Source: Eledone cirrhosa
Taxonomy: Eukaryota
NCBI GenBank assembly: GCA_964016885.1
Contig: OZ024744.1
Location: 73,036,001 to 73,100,000 of the forward strand
Direction: 5' to 3'
Length of the DNA: 64,000 nucleotides
Shown: positions 26,891 to 39,005 of the stretch, in pieces
Position numbering within the stretch: position 1 is the first letter of the stretch
Layout: each line of letters starts with the position of its first letter
Made by a program: the position numbers and the translations under genes
Notes under the pieces: model-generated
Databases searched by the model: none
What the model was told of the DNA's origin: nothing
The model's input: the letters and a program-made list of their open reading frames with translations, nothing else

Positions 26891-27309
26891 AGTGTTTATA
26901 TTTATCTAAAAACCTTTCATCATAGTTTATTTTCCAAACAGCAGCTAAATAATGAGAAGGCTAGTTATATTAGTAAATCCATCCAAAATTTGATATTTAA
27001 AAATTATTTGAAAATCGTAGCAAATGTCTTTTATGAGAAATATGGTGATGAAATATGTCTAACCAATGCCAGCATGGAAAATGGAAGTAAAGTGATGATG
27101 ATAATGAAAGGGTTAAGATGGTGTCATAAATTAAGTTTATCTCATCAGCTACACCACTTTGTAAAAAGTTTTCTATGCAAGAAATTGTTATTAATGTAAT
27201 TTCAATCAAGTATAATTTATATTAATTATGAATATGGTTCTATCTGTTGTCCACTACTCAACAATCCCAGAGACCAAAATATCTGTTCGATGAGTACAAA
27301 TTCTTACCT

Positions 27310-27515
27310 GCATTATTGAAAGAGCATTGGACACCTTGCTTTGCAGCATAGAGTTATGGCCCTTTATGTTCTGAGTTGAGATCTCGCCTAGGTTAACTTT
27401 GCCTTTCATCCTTATGAGGTTGATAAAATAAAGTACCAGTAATGTACTGAGGTCGATTTAATTGACTTTACCCTCCCAGAAATTTCTGGCCTTGTGCCTA
27501 AATCAGAAACCATTA
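27310..27515 (+). mobile_element. SINE family B copy
   Basis: Homology to 9540-9760. Confidence 0.7.
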
Positions 27516-27747
27516 TTCTTTACTTATTCCATACGTTTTTCTCCAGTTTATTCACACATCTAATCTAATGGTTCACAAACTTTTTTTTGTTGCAGAACAC
27601 TTCTGTGATATAAAAAAAAAAAAATCCTGGAACCCATACCTATCATTTAATGACAATCCATGCTGCCCTAATTTTAATAAGACATTAAATGAATTAGTTG
27701 AGACATAGAATTTATTAAAATTTTCTATTAAAAAATATATGTATATA

Positions 27748-28010
27748 GTCCTCCAAGCCATAATAGAGGAGTTTAAGACTGGCTGCCCATGAGAACTTCT
27801 CTATGCTGATGATCTGGTACTTATAGCAGAATCAGTAGAGGAGCTAGAGAATAAATTCTGGCTACGGAAACAGCAGTTGGAATCAAGAAGACTGAAAGTG
27901 AACCTAGCTAAGACTAAAGTGTTGATAAGTAGAAGAGAGGATAAAACGCTGATTCCATCAGGGAAATGGCCATGTTCAATATGTACACAATGCAGATCTT
28001 GGGTTCACAA
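27748..28010 (+). mobile_element. RTE RT fragment
   Basis: EEFKTGCP.ELLYADDLVLIAES...GKWPCSIC. Confidence 0.8.
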
Positions 28011-29763
28011 GGTTTAGCTTTGAGAGCTCCTTGACCAGCTTTTGCTCTTTCACCTCAGCTACTTCTTTTCTTCCTTAATCTAACCATCTCATTCCATTTT
28101 TCTTTACATCATTCTTCATTGTTAGCTTTATTCCCATCATTCTCTGCAATTCGCTTCTGAGCGATATTTTGCTCATCCATCGAACCATTTGGATTTCTGC
28201 TCTTTCCTGTCTTCTCCACTTATCCTCTTTCATCGCCCATATTTTATTCCTAGAAATCATATTACAAGACTATGGTTTAAGAAATTTGTGTCGAACAAAA
28301 ATATAGTAAATATTAGTGACATTCATATTGTCCTATTTTCTCAGCACATCATTGACTGACAAGCAGGTCAATGTAGATAAAAATATCAATATGAAACATT
28401 TTTATTTTTTTATTTTATATCTATAGAAAACATTCAATATCTGAGATGATATTACAGAGTATAATATAGGTGGTGGTGGTAGGGTATATTAAATATTTGT
28501 CATTCTCAAGAAAAAAAATATTTATATATCTGAATAATTTTAAGTCATTTTTATATCTGACTATGTTACATACATCTTGAAATTGACATCTTCCAGTCAA
28601 GAAATGCTATTACATTGAACCTTAATCCCCCAACATGTGTCTTGTCTTTCTGACAAATGAATTGGATGACATTACATATCTCCTACTGTCAGCTTTCAGT
28701 CTCAGTCTTTGGCTCAATTTGACATCCAGAGGCATGGAGTAAACTCAAGCTTGAGTGAAGAGTTGATGTACAAGCTTTACAAAATCAGTATTTCATATGT
28801 TTGGGGATTTATGGAGCCCCAATTTTTTGTCAGGTGAAGGTTTTGTAAACAAACATGAATTTCTGTGAGAGAAGGTGAGGACCAATGGAAAGTGGAAGGA
28901 GGTGAATTAGGGGTAATAAGATCAAAGAGGTTTTTATCTCAAGTTACTTCTCTGCTGTTGGCAAGTTTTGAGAAACTTTATCAATTGTCTATGTTTGTGA
29001 TTGCATATATAATATTATCATACATAAGATTATATACATAGTCACTCATATAGACAATTTATAAAGCTTCCTGTGTGGTATTTGCAAAATCTGTTCTATA
29101 CACACACACACACATACTCACACATGTGTGTGTGTGTGTGTGTATTGTCATTATCATCATTATAATTTAACAACCACTTTGCCATGTTGGCATGGGTTAG
29201 GCAGGTTATCATGAACCAATTCTGTGTGTAATCGGGGTGGTCTGAAAATTGCCATGGCTCTTATACAAGGAAACTATTCATAGTTGCCAGTATTGATTTG
29301 AGTTGATCAAAATTAAATTTGTCTAGTACTGGGGGAGATTCTTCCTCTGTATCTCTTTCTCTCTTCTACTCTCTCACTCTCTCTATATTTCTCTGGAAGA
29401 AATCTGTTGCATATAGACCTGGAAAGGATTGGGCTCCACCAGGTTTAAAAAGGCCCAAGGAATGCTGTATGTCAATACATTGCTCCTATGACTCCTTCAC
29501 AAGTACAGGACCATTCATGTATGCATATATATATAAAATATCATCATCATCATTTAGTGTCTGTTTTCCTTGCTATAGAGTAACACTTAACCATAATGAA
29601 TTAATATTTTAAACACTACTTCAGTATTGAGTTCTATCTTCTCTCATCTGTCAACTACAAACAGATATATATATATGTAAAAGGTAAACAGAAATAACAA
29701 CACAATCAGTACAGTATATTAAAGGAATATATTAGGTTAACGCTTGATATAGCAGGAAGAGGG

Positions 29764-29799
29764 TCTTGACGTTTCGGACGCTAGTCCTTCATCAGAAGA
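29764..29799 (-). ncRNA. Minimal type I hammerhead ribozyme
   Basis: tctt-CTGATGAA-ggac[tagc]gtcc-GAAA-cg-TC-aaga; palindromic ACGT stem III, GUC site. Confidence 0.85.
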
Positions 29800-30039
29800 A
29801 AGAATGAGAAATAAGATAGATTGAAGGGACGGGCGGGGTGGAATTGGTTAAAATGTCTTTAGATAAAAATAACCGGTCCATTCATGTTGACATCTCTTAT
29901 ATATATATATATATACACACACAGACTCACTTTATATAATTGTATCTTAATTCATTTCATATGTATCAGATTGAATCTTTTAAAAAACTTTATTGCAGGT
30001 TTTGTATCTTTATTATTGTAGACAAAATAACAAGAGTTA

Positions 30040-30689
30040 TCTATATATCTAAAACAGAGAATGTCTGTCTGTCTGACTCCCTAAAACTCGAGAACCACCC
30101 AACCGATTGTTTTCAAACTTTACACATATAATACTTATGGTCGTTGAGCAAAAAATATTTCAAATTTTCAATGCTCTAGGGACCGCATCATTAGTCTGTC
30201 TTTTTAGATAGATACATAGCTACGATGTCGCGCCCTTATAATATCTGTCTGTATGTCTGGCTGTCTGCATTATGACGCTATCTGTGTGTGTGTGTGTATA
30301 TATATGTGTATATATATAGTGTGTAACGTTTTTCGAAACATTTACGATTCTTTGCTTAAACTTTAATCTGTTATTTTAATATATATATATATAATTATAT
30401 ATTCGTGTACAGATATTTTTGCATACACAATAACAAAATATAAACAAATGTATTTATTTCACGAGGCTCGACAGCAGTAAAAACAAAAACAAAAAAGAGA
30501 GGGAACACAATTACATGCTTTTGAAAAATCTCAATGGAAAATTATTTGCCTATTCACCCAAAGCGACTTCACCTTTTATTAGGACTTCTGCATCAATTGG
30601 TGAACATACAACGAAACTGCTTCAGAAAGGAGGGATAAACATGCCAATCTATGTTTAGAATCCCGAGCAACGCCGGGCCATTCTGCTAG
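30040..30689 (+). mobile_element. Non-autonomous Helitron
   Basis: 5' TC, 3' cccgagcaacgccggg hairpin + CTAG, A/T insertion site. Confidence 0.85.
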
Positions 30690-31036
30690 TTATATATATT
30701 TTATCATTATTATTACTGTTTTTCTTCTTTTTCTAAATACATGGATGGCAATATGTATGTGTGTATATGTGTATGAGTGTGATTCTATACATATATGTAG
30801 ATTCCAAAGTTATGTCAGAGGGGGGGGGGGAGTATCCACAATTAAAAAAAGCACTCAATACATTGGTAAGGTTTAGGCATCTTATATATATATAATAAAA
30901 AAGAGATTAATAATCGTTACCTTTTGGTACCCAACCAATGGAGACTGCCTTTGGTTCTGATATATTAAGTTGTTTATTTTAAAGTGTTTACATTTATCTA
31001 AAGCCTATCCATTATAATTTTACGTAAGAACCACCT

Positions 31037-31230
31037 TAATAATTGTTTCTACTTTTGGCACAAGGCCAGCAATTATCCCAGTGTATTACTGGTATTTTAT
31101 GTTATCGACCCCCGTAAGGATGAAAGGCAAAGTTAACTTCGGTGGGATTTGAACTCAGACTATAAAGGGCCATAACTCTTTGCTGCAAAGCATGGCGTCA
31201 GACCCTCTACCGATACTGCCAATCCACTTA
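31037..31230 (-). mobile_element. SINE family B copy
   Basis: Reverse complement of 9091-9290. Confidence 0.75.
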
Positions 31231-31335
31231 ATAATGAGAAAGTTAATTATGTTACTAAATTCCTCTAAATTCTTGATTATTTTTTAAAAAAAATTTAGTT
31301 TGTCATCTTTTATTAAAAATATAGTAATGTAATTG

Positions 31336-32039
31336 TTAAACCTTTAGTATTTACATTACTCATATTTACTATTATATTTTCATAGTAAAGGCTTTACTTC
31401 ACATAATATCAAATCTGAGATTTTTATATTATTTATTTTGAGAACAATACCTTAACATCAGTATGAGCAGCTGGTTATGGCTAGTTTCAACAGAAAGAGA
31501 TGAGAGAATTCTGGCTGGATCCGGCTGGTTTAAATGCTAAAGCCACTAATGGTGCCAAACTCATACTAGATTATCTGTTTTGCCAGACTAGATGATATTA
31601 ATTCACTAGAAACCTATTATGAAGTTAGGAGCACACTTCCACTACCACCACCCACCCATCAACTACAATAATATAAAGGTGAAAATGTTGATCCTTTTTT
31701 ACACCAAACCTCCTGAAACCACACCTCTTTCTATGATACAGTGCTGTTTGTTTTAAAACATTTAAAACCTTCCAGCTTGATTTCATGAAAGAAACTTTGT
31801 GAAGTTATGCTCCAAACACTGGCTTAACCCTTTAGCCTTTACATTACTCTTCATATACTATTGTATTTTCATTGTAAAGGCTCTACCTCACATAATTTCG
31901 AATCTATGAGATTTTGATGTTATTTATTTTGAGGACAATACCTTAACATCAGTAGGAGCAAACAGTTATGGCCAGTTTGAACAGAAATAGGTGAGAGAAT
32001 TCTGGCCAGATATGGCTGGTTTAAATGATAAAGGATTAA
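31336..32039. mobile_element. Two piggyBac-type MITE copies (31336-31542, 31824-32039)
   Basis: Homology to 4483-4700, TTAA flanks. Confidence 0.7.
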
Positions 32040-32332
32040 TGGGAAAGTTAAATTATATCACTAAATCCCTCTAAATTATCGGTTCCTTTTCAAAAATAAT
32101 GTATGGAAGAGTTTAAGGCTTTGAAATTCACTAATTATAATTTCTTGCAGTGTTAATTTCAATTGTCTCTAGTAAATGGATAAATTTTGAACTTTTAATC
32201 ATTAGTTTATTAAGTCATTCTTTTTACTTTAGCAATTTACCCACAATTCTCTTTTCATTTGGTCTCTGAGTTATATTCTACCATATCTGTCTGTCTGTAG
32301 GTATGTATGTATGTATGTATATGTATATATGC

Positions 32333-32382
<50 letters not shown>

Positions 32383-32943
32383 ATGTGAGTATGTATGTCT
32401 TTAGGTAGGTATGCATTTATGCATGTGTGTATGTATGCATGTGTATGTATGTATGTATGTATGTAGGTGCATTCATGTGTATGCATGTACATGCATGCAT
32501 CCATGTGTATGAGAGCGAGCAAGAAAAATAGAGAGAGAGAGTGTGTATATCTGTGTGTGTGTTTGTGTGTATGCATGTCTGTGTGTGTGTGCATGCCATA
32601 TAGATAGATAAGCACGTCAGTGTTCCCTTGTTTCCTGAACCATGCCAATGTATACCACAGAATGATTCAACATCTTGTATGAGTCTTTCCTTGATGAATG
32701 CCATATTGTAAAGATTTAGTAAAGACCATATTTTATTATTATTATTATTATTATTATATTTCATTTTACATTTTTTTTTCTCGAAAAAAAAATCATTACC
32801 TTTTCTTTCCTTGATAGCTCTTCAGTCTTGCTTCATAGAATCTACTAGGTTGTTAAGTGGAATCCCTTGCTGCTAATTGGAACAGGATCTGGGGGATTTT
32901 ATTTTATTTTATTTTATTTTTGGTGGGGGGAGAGCTTTTTTTT

Positions 32944-32982
<39 letters not shown>

Positions 32983-33016
32983 TTGCTTTATTTGTTGTTT
33001 TCTTCTCATATAATAT

Positions 33017-33200
33017 AATTGTTTCTACTTTTGGCACAAGGCCAGCAATTATCCCAGTGCATTACTGGTACTTTATTTTATCGACCCCGTAAGGATGAAA
33101 GGCAAAGTTAACCTAGGCGGGATTTGAACTCAGTATGGCAAGGGCCGTAACTCTATGCATCAAAGCCTGGCGTCCAACCCTCTACCGATACTGCCAAAAT
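33017..33200 (-). mobile_element. SINE family B copy
   Basis: Reverse complement of family B. Confidence 0.75.
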
Positions 33201-34144
33201 GCCATAGGAATATGTATTCAATTGTCACTTAACAGTTGAGAGCCCAAAACACAGACAGACAGACTCACATACACACACATACACAGAAAATGACTTGGCA
33301 GGGTTAGGGAAAATTGGAATTCCCTAGGTTTGTTTACATTATGTGCAATCAGTAAGCTGTTTTGTTGAATTCATACCCTTGACAACTACATTCTTGTTCT
33401 CATGAGATTAGACATGTATTATAATTGTCCTAGGTTATGTACATACATCTAGCTTAATTACTACAGCTTTTGTTTTATTTCATTTATTTATATATGTATA
33501 TATGTGTGTATATATATACATATATATATCTATATCTATATATATATATGTGTGTGTATTTATATATCTATATATATATATTTATATGTATTTATATATA
33601 TATATATATGTATTTATATTTCATTTCTGAATTTGTTTAGCAAGATTCTTTATCTGAAATCGTGTGTTGAAACCGATATTGTTATACTTTGGGAGGGTCA
33701 TGTTGCCAATAAGAAACACACGCACCAGTTGCTTTCACTTCAATTTATTATAATAAATTTATAAATTTAGGAATTTATAAATTTATAAATTTCTGGTTGG
33801 TTGGTTGGTTCCACAACCAGTTAGTTGTTTATATATTGTGTGACCTCATCAGTGACTGGGGATTCTTTGCTTTGTTTTTGTGCCTCTCCTTTGTTCTGTC
33901 CTACGCAATTTTGTTTCTTTGTGTGTGTTGTGTGCTCAGTCTGCGCATGCGTCACGTCCGGGTGTCTGTGTGTGTTTATATTTGTTTATTTATTTGTTTA
34001 TTTACATGTTACCGGTTGGTTGTTTGTTCTATGTGTGTGTGTGTTTTCATTTTGTCCTTAATTGTAAGTTGTGATGTTGCTGTTCCACTCATATTTTCTA
34101 TTTAATTTTGGTTGTAATTCTTTTATGTTTAGAAGCATAATAGA

Positions 34145-35977
34145 ATGGAGGCCCAGCAACTGGGAGAAAAATCTGCAAATGGCTTGCGTAAGCTCATGCA
34201 GCGCTCGCGTAATGGAGAGATAGCATGTTTTCCAACAGACAAGTCTGGCAGAATGTCGGTTGACAGCCTGCCAAACTACATCCAGGCAATGCAACCCCAC
34301 ATCACTAACACAAGAGAGGTAACACCACAGGAGCATGAGGATAGAGAAAAAGCCCTCAATGCCCATATGGTGATGTGGACGAATATAATGCAGCCCAACA
34401 AAAGGACTGCCAACAACTTCCAGGCCTGGAATAATGACGTGCCGGCGTTGTATGGGCTTCGAAAAGACCATAAAACGGGCAATGACCCTGTCACGGGACC
34501 ACCAACACGGCCAGTCTGTGGGGCTAACATTGCTAGTAACTACAGACTGTCCTACTTCCTCTCCCTGATCATATGCCCCATCATTGAAATGTCCCCAGAT
34601 GTATGTGACAACACGGAGGACCTCCTCAGCAGAATCAGCGAGAGTAACCGATCTAGGGACCTAACAAACTGCATAATAGGTAGTATGGATGTTGTGTCCC
34701 TGTATCCATCTATTGACGTGGATTTTGCTGTGGAGAAATGCGTAGAAATGATCAGCGAGAGCAATGTTGAGTTCCGTGGGATTGATACCAGTGAGCTGGG
34801 ACTTCTACTTAAACTTACCTATAGTAATAATTACCTAGACACTTACGACCTTAGCAACCTGTGCCCTACAAGACCAGCAAGAGGCAGACCACCTACCATT
34901 ACCTCAATGGCCAAAAAAAACCACACAGATAGATGGAACGGGTGGACCAGAGCCATACGGACCCCCGAAAACCAAGATGAACTAAAGAAAATGATTGCAC
35001 ATGCAGTGGGAGCCAGCATAAAACTAACCCTTAAGGAACATATGTTCAAATTTAATGGAAAAACATATGCCCCAGAGGAAGGAGCAGCCATTGGTGTTAG
35101 CATTGCAGGCGACATAGCTAACTTATTCATGGTATGGTGGGACAGTAGACTTAAACTTAAACTTAAAGAACAATTAGAAGAGAGCTTAACCCTGATAATG
35201 TACTCCCGCTACATTGATGATATAAACATCGTAGTTAAGACACCCCCACTAGAGAACAGTCAGGAACTAGAGAAAAACACAATGGAAAGCATCCAGCAAA
35301 TAGTTAACTCCATCCACCAGAGTATTAGAGTTACTATAGACTACCCAAGTAAACACACCAACCATCGATTACCTGTACTAGACACAGAGCTCTGGTTAGA
35401 TACCATTAATAACAAAAAACAAATCCTCCATTCCCATTATGCCAAACCCATGACTTCCAAACATCTGATCCACCGAAACTCGGCTGTTTCGGACCATACT
35501 AAAATCAACATACTGATTGCGGATTTGGTACGGGCGATGAGAAACGTGTCCCGCATGTGCAACCCCGAAGAACTAGAGAGACACATACAACACTTCATCC
35601 ACCGTATGCAGTTCTCTGGTTACAATCAGAGAGATAAAATCAGAGTGTATAGAGGAGCCAGAACCAAATGGGAAAAAATGGTAAATAATGACACAAATGG
35701 GACCTGCCCCTTGTATAAGAGCAAATTTTGGAATAGAATGAATAGAATAAAAAGAACTAGGAATAAGGCTAATAGAATAAACTCATGGTATGATAGTAAT
35801 AAATACCAGAGTGTAATGTTCATCGATACAACCCCTAGAGGTGAATTAGCTTACAAATTTAGAAGGGCCCTAGATAAACATAAACTCAATATTAAGATAG
35901 TAGAAAGACCAGGTACCTCCGTAAAAACACTTATTAGCAAGACATACCCTTTTCAAAGACCCCCCCTGTATAGATAA
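34145..35977 (+). CDS. PLE reverse transcriptase (probably 5'-truncated; frameshifted before the endonuclease)
   Basis: 610 aa open: PTDKSG, LYGLRKDHK, TRPVCG, GSMDVVSLYPSI, GAAIG, RYIDD, LPVLD, HYAKP. Confidence 0.9.
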   Translation: MEAQQLGEKSANGLRKLMQRSRNGEIACFPTDKSGRMSVDSLPNYIQAMQPHITNTREVTPQEHEDREKALNAHMVMWTNIMQPNKRTANNFQAWNNDVPALYGLRKDHKTGNDPVTGPPTRPVCGANIASNYRLSYFLSLIICPIIEMSPDVCDNTEDLLSRISESNRSRDLTNCIIGSMDVVSLYPSIDVDFAVEKCVEMISESNVEFRGIDTSELGLLLKLTYSNNYLDTYDLSNLCPTRPARGRPPTITSMAKKNHTDRWNGWTRAIRTPENQDELKKMIAHAVGASIKLTLKEHMFKFNGKTYAPEEGAAIGVSIAGDIANLFMVWWDSRLKLKLKEQLEESLTLIMYSRYIDDINIVVKTPPLENSQELEKNTMESIQQIVNSIHQSIRVTIDYPSKHTNHRLPVLDTELWLDTINNKKQILHSHYAKPMTSKHLIHRNSAVSDHTKINILIADLVRAMRNVSRMCNPEELERHIQHFIHRMQFSGYNQRDKIRVYRGARTKWEKMVNNDTNGTCPLYKSKFWNRMNRIKRTRNKANRINSWYDSNKYQSVMFIDTTPRGELAYKFRRALDKHKLNIKIVERPGTSVKTLISKTYPFQRPPLYR

Positions 35978-36350
35978 GAAATGTATAACCTGTAAAATAA
36001 GCCCCCATATTAACTGTAAAACTAGAAATGTAGTGTATAGCATAAGATGTACTGAAGGACAATGTAGAGACAAAAATATAGTGTACATAGGTGAGACAGC
36101 TCGTAGTGTAGGGGAACGGATAAATGAACACTGGCGAGACCTTCAAGATAATAAAGAATCATCTGTACTCTACCAACATGCAAAAATAGAACACAAGGGT
36201 AAATTAGAGAACATAGAAATAAAAATAGAATCTACACACAGAAAAGACGCAATATTTAGACAAATCAGAGAGGCAACAAACATAAAAGAATTACAACCAA
36301 AATTAAATAGAAAATATGAGTGGAACAGCAACATCACAACTTACAATTAA
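35964..36350 (+). CDS. PLE Cys-rich linker + GIY-YIG endonuclease, out of frame with the RT
   Basis: CIDKKCITC...NCKTRNVVYSIRCTEGQC...YIGETARSVGERINEH...RQIREA..I..LQPKLN. Confidence 0.88.
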   Translation, partial: PCIDKKCITCKISPHINCKTRNVVYSIRCTEGQCRDKNIVYIGETARSVGERINEHWRDLQDNKESSVLYQHAKIEHKGKLENIEIKIESTHRKDAIFRQIREATNIKELQPKLNRKYEWNSNITTYN

Positions 36351-36550
36351 GGACAAAATGAAAACACACACACACATAGAACAAACAACCAACCGGTAAC
36401 ATGTAAATAAACAAATAAATAAACAAATATAAACACACACAGACACCCGGATGTGGCGCATGCGCAGACTGAGCTCACAACACACACACAGAAACAAAAT
36501 GGCGTAGGACAGAACAAAGGAGAGGCACAAAAACAAAGAAAAGAATCCCC

Positions 36551-36595
36551 AGTCACTGATGAGGTCACAGAATGTGTGACGAAAGAAATTTGACA
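36551..36595 (+). ncRNA. Hammerhead ribozyme in the 3' pLTR (cleavage-site region altered)
   Basis: agtca-CTGATGAG-gtcaca[gaatg]tgtgac-GAAA-gaaatt-tgac. Confidence 0.75.
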
Positions 36596-36846
36596 ACTAT
36601 CTGCTTGTGGAACCAACCAACCAACCAGAAATTTATAAATTTATAAATTTATTATAATAAATTGAAGTGAAAGCAACTGGTGCGTGTGTTTCTTATTGGC
36701 AACATGACCCTCCCAAAGTATAACAATACGTATTTATATATATATTTATATGTATGCATATATATATATATATATGTATTTATTTATTTATATATATATT
36801 ACGTGTATATGTATATATATATGTATTTATATATATATATTATGTG

Positions 36847-36903
<57 letters not shown>

Positions 36904-36950
36904 GTGTGTGTATATATATATATGTGTATATATATATATGTATCATGTAT

Positions 36951-37505
36951 CCCAGTACAACCTGTCTCATGGTCGGGTCGTTGGCGACTAAACGGGCAAC
37001 CCCACCACATTTTCTTGGTGAGGAGGGTGACTTTGGACATCCTGAAGGACTAAAAACAAAACCTGTCAAAGGGCAAAGGAGCTCTTAAGAGTCAATGGCC
37101 ATCCAAAATCACTGGGAGAGATGACCCCTTAGCCTTTGTCAAGGCAAAACTCTGATATAACACCTGCAACTCTGATGGTATCCAATGATGTTGACTTGTT
37201 CTTCTTTTTGGTAAATATCATCTTGGTTAAGAGAGTGTGACTGGCTTTGTGCAGTGCCTTTGCTCACTATAAAAGCTTCACGGCACAGCCATTGCTTTGT
37301 ATCTGGAGACCTCTCTGCACTTGTCGTCACATGGTACCATGGGCCCAGCACTATGTGTCAATAATTGTCACAAGTGTAGTGTTTGTACCAGAGTTTTCAA
37401 GTTGCTGGCTGGACTAAAAAGTCACACTCATTCAGCGCATCGGTAGGAGTTCTCCTACATGGATATAAAGTAGTGGCCGTACTCGGAAACGAGTTGGCAG
37501 CCACC
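36951..37505. mobile_element. Unclassified ~555-bp non-coding element in (TA)n, possibly a LINE UTR
   Basis: GC-richer island; last ~105 bp duplicated at 14438. Confidence 0.55.
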
Positions 37506-37856
37506 ATATATATATATATATATATATGTGTGTATATATATATATATGTGTGTGTGTATATATGTGTGTATATATATATATTATGTATATATATATATAT
37601 GTGTATATATATATAAATTATGTATATATATATATATATATATCGTTTCTGAATTTGTTTAGCAAGATTCTTTATCTGAAATCGTGTGTTGAAACCGATA
37701 TTGTTATACTTTGGGAGGGTCATGTTGCCAATAAGAAACACACGCACCAGTTGCTTTCACTTCAATTTAATTTAATATATATTTATAAATTTACAAATTT
37801 ATAAATTTCTGGTTGGTTGGTTGGTTCCACAACCAGATAGTTGTTTATATATATAT

Positions 37857-37901
37857 AGTCATAGTTCTTTCGTCACACACTCTGTGACCTCTTCAGTGAC
37901 T
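37857..37901 (-). ncRNA. Minimal hammerhead (left arm)
   Basis: Mirror image of 38014-38058. Confidence 0.8.
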
Positions 37902-38013
37902 GGGGATTTCTTTCTTCGTTTCTGTGCCTTTCCTTTCTTCTATCCTACGCCATTTTTCAAAATGGCGTAGGATAGAAGAAAGGAAAGGCACAGAAACGAA
38001 GAAAGAAATCCCC

Positions 38014-38058
38014 AGTCACTGAAGAGGTCACAGAGTGTGTGACGAAAGAACTATGACT
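38014..38058 (+). ncRNA. Minimal hammerhead (right arm)
   Basis: agtca-CTGAAGAG-gtcaca[gagtg]tgtgac-GAAA-gaac-TA-tgact. Confidence 0.8.
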
Positions 38059-38251
38059 ATATATATATAAACAACTATCTGGTTGTGGAACCAACCAACC
38101 AACCAACCAGAAATTTATAAATTTGTAAATTTATAAATATATATTAAATTAAATTGAAGTGAAAGCAACTGGTGCGTGTGTTTCTTATTGGCAACATGAC
38201 CCTCCCAAAGTATAACAATATATATATATATATATATGCATATATATATGC

Positions 38252-38544
38252 AGAGGTTATATTTAATTTGTTGGGATTCAACAAGCTTAAACATTTTTAT
38301 AACTGATATAAAGCACTCAACAGATTAGTGGAGTAAATACATAATATATTAATAAATGGAAACTATATTTATAAAACTATATTTATTTTATTATATATAT
38401 TTCAAGGGCAACCAAGGCAAATTATGGTGCGCTTTCATCAGATATCTGATGAAAGTGCACCATAATTTGCCTTGGTTGCCCTTGAAATATATATAATAAA
38501 ATAAATATGGTTTTATAAATATAGTTTCTATTTATTAATATATT
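38252..38544. mobile_element. Tail + ~200-bp palindrome centred on a hammerhead core
   Basis: Axis tcatcag-atat-ctgatga; each arm reads CTGATGA-aag..gcacca...tggttgccctt-GAAA-tatata-TA. Confidence 0.75.
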
Positions 38545-38616
38545 GTATATACACATATATATGTGTATATATAAATGCATATATATATATGTGTATATAT
38601 ATATATATATTTAAAT

Positions 38617-38655
<39 letters not shown>

Positions 38656-38662
38656 ATATATC

Positions 38663-38963
38663 TTCATCATCATTTTACGTCCGCTTTTCCCTGCTTGCAA
38701 TGTTTGGACGGGAACTGATTCTGGCTTGATTTCTACAGCTGGATGCCCTTCCTAACACCAACCTCATTTACAGTGAGTGCTGGGTGCTTTTTTGCCCTGG
38801 CACCTCCACGACCACTTTGCAGTGGAATGATATGGACCCCAGTCCCTATCATCTCATTTCTACAGCTGAGTAAACTGGAGCAATGTGAAATAAAGTGCCT
38901 TGCTCAAGGAAACAACACATCACCCGGTCTGAGAATTGAACTCACAACCTTTCGATTGCCTCC
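38663..38963 (-). mobile_element. SINE family A with a deletion in the tRNA head
   Basis: Reverse complement of the 39006 copy. Confidence 0.9.
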
Positions 38964-39005
38964 ATATATATATATATATATATACATAATTTATATATAT
39001 ATATA

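Larger units (their letters stand above)
33621..36728 (+). mobile_element. Penelope-like retroelement with inverted pLTRs (33677-34130 / 36278-36728) and a ~56-bp one-sided tail
   Basis: RT + GIY-YIG coding region, ~450-bp inverted repeats, HHR in the pLTR, (TA)n flanks. Confidence 0.93.
37644..38220. mobile_element. Fold-back non-autonomous PLE derivative (tail + 522-bp palindrome)
   Basis: 37699-37956 is the reverse complement of 37959-38220 apart from one extra CCAA; sequence matches the pLTR of the 33621 element. Confidence 0.9.

Noticed and set aside
34145-36350. Telomerase, retron or group II intron RT
   Set aside because: C-terminal GIY-YIG, pLTRs and HHR identify a Penelope-like element
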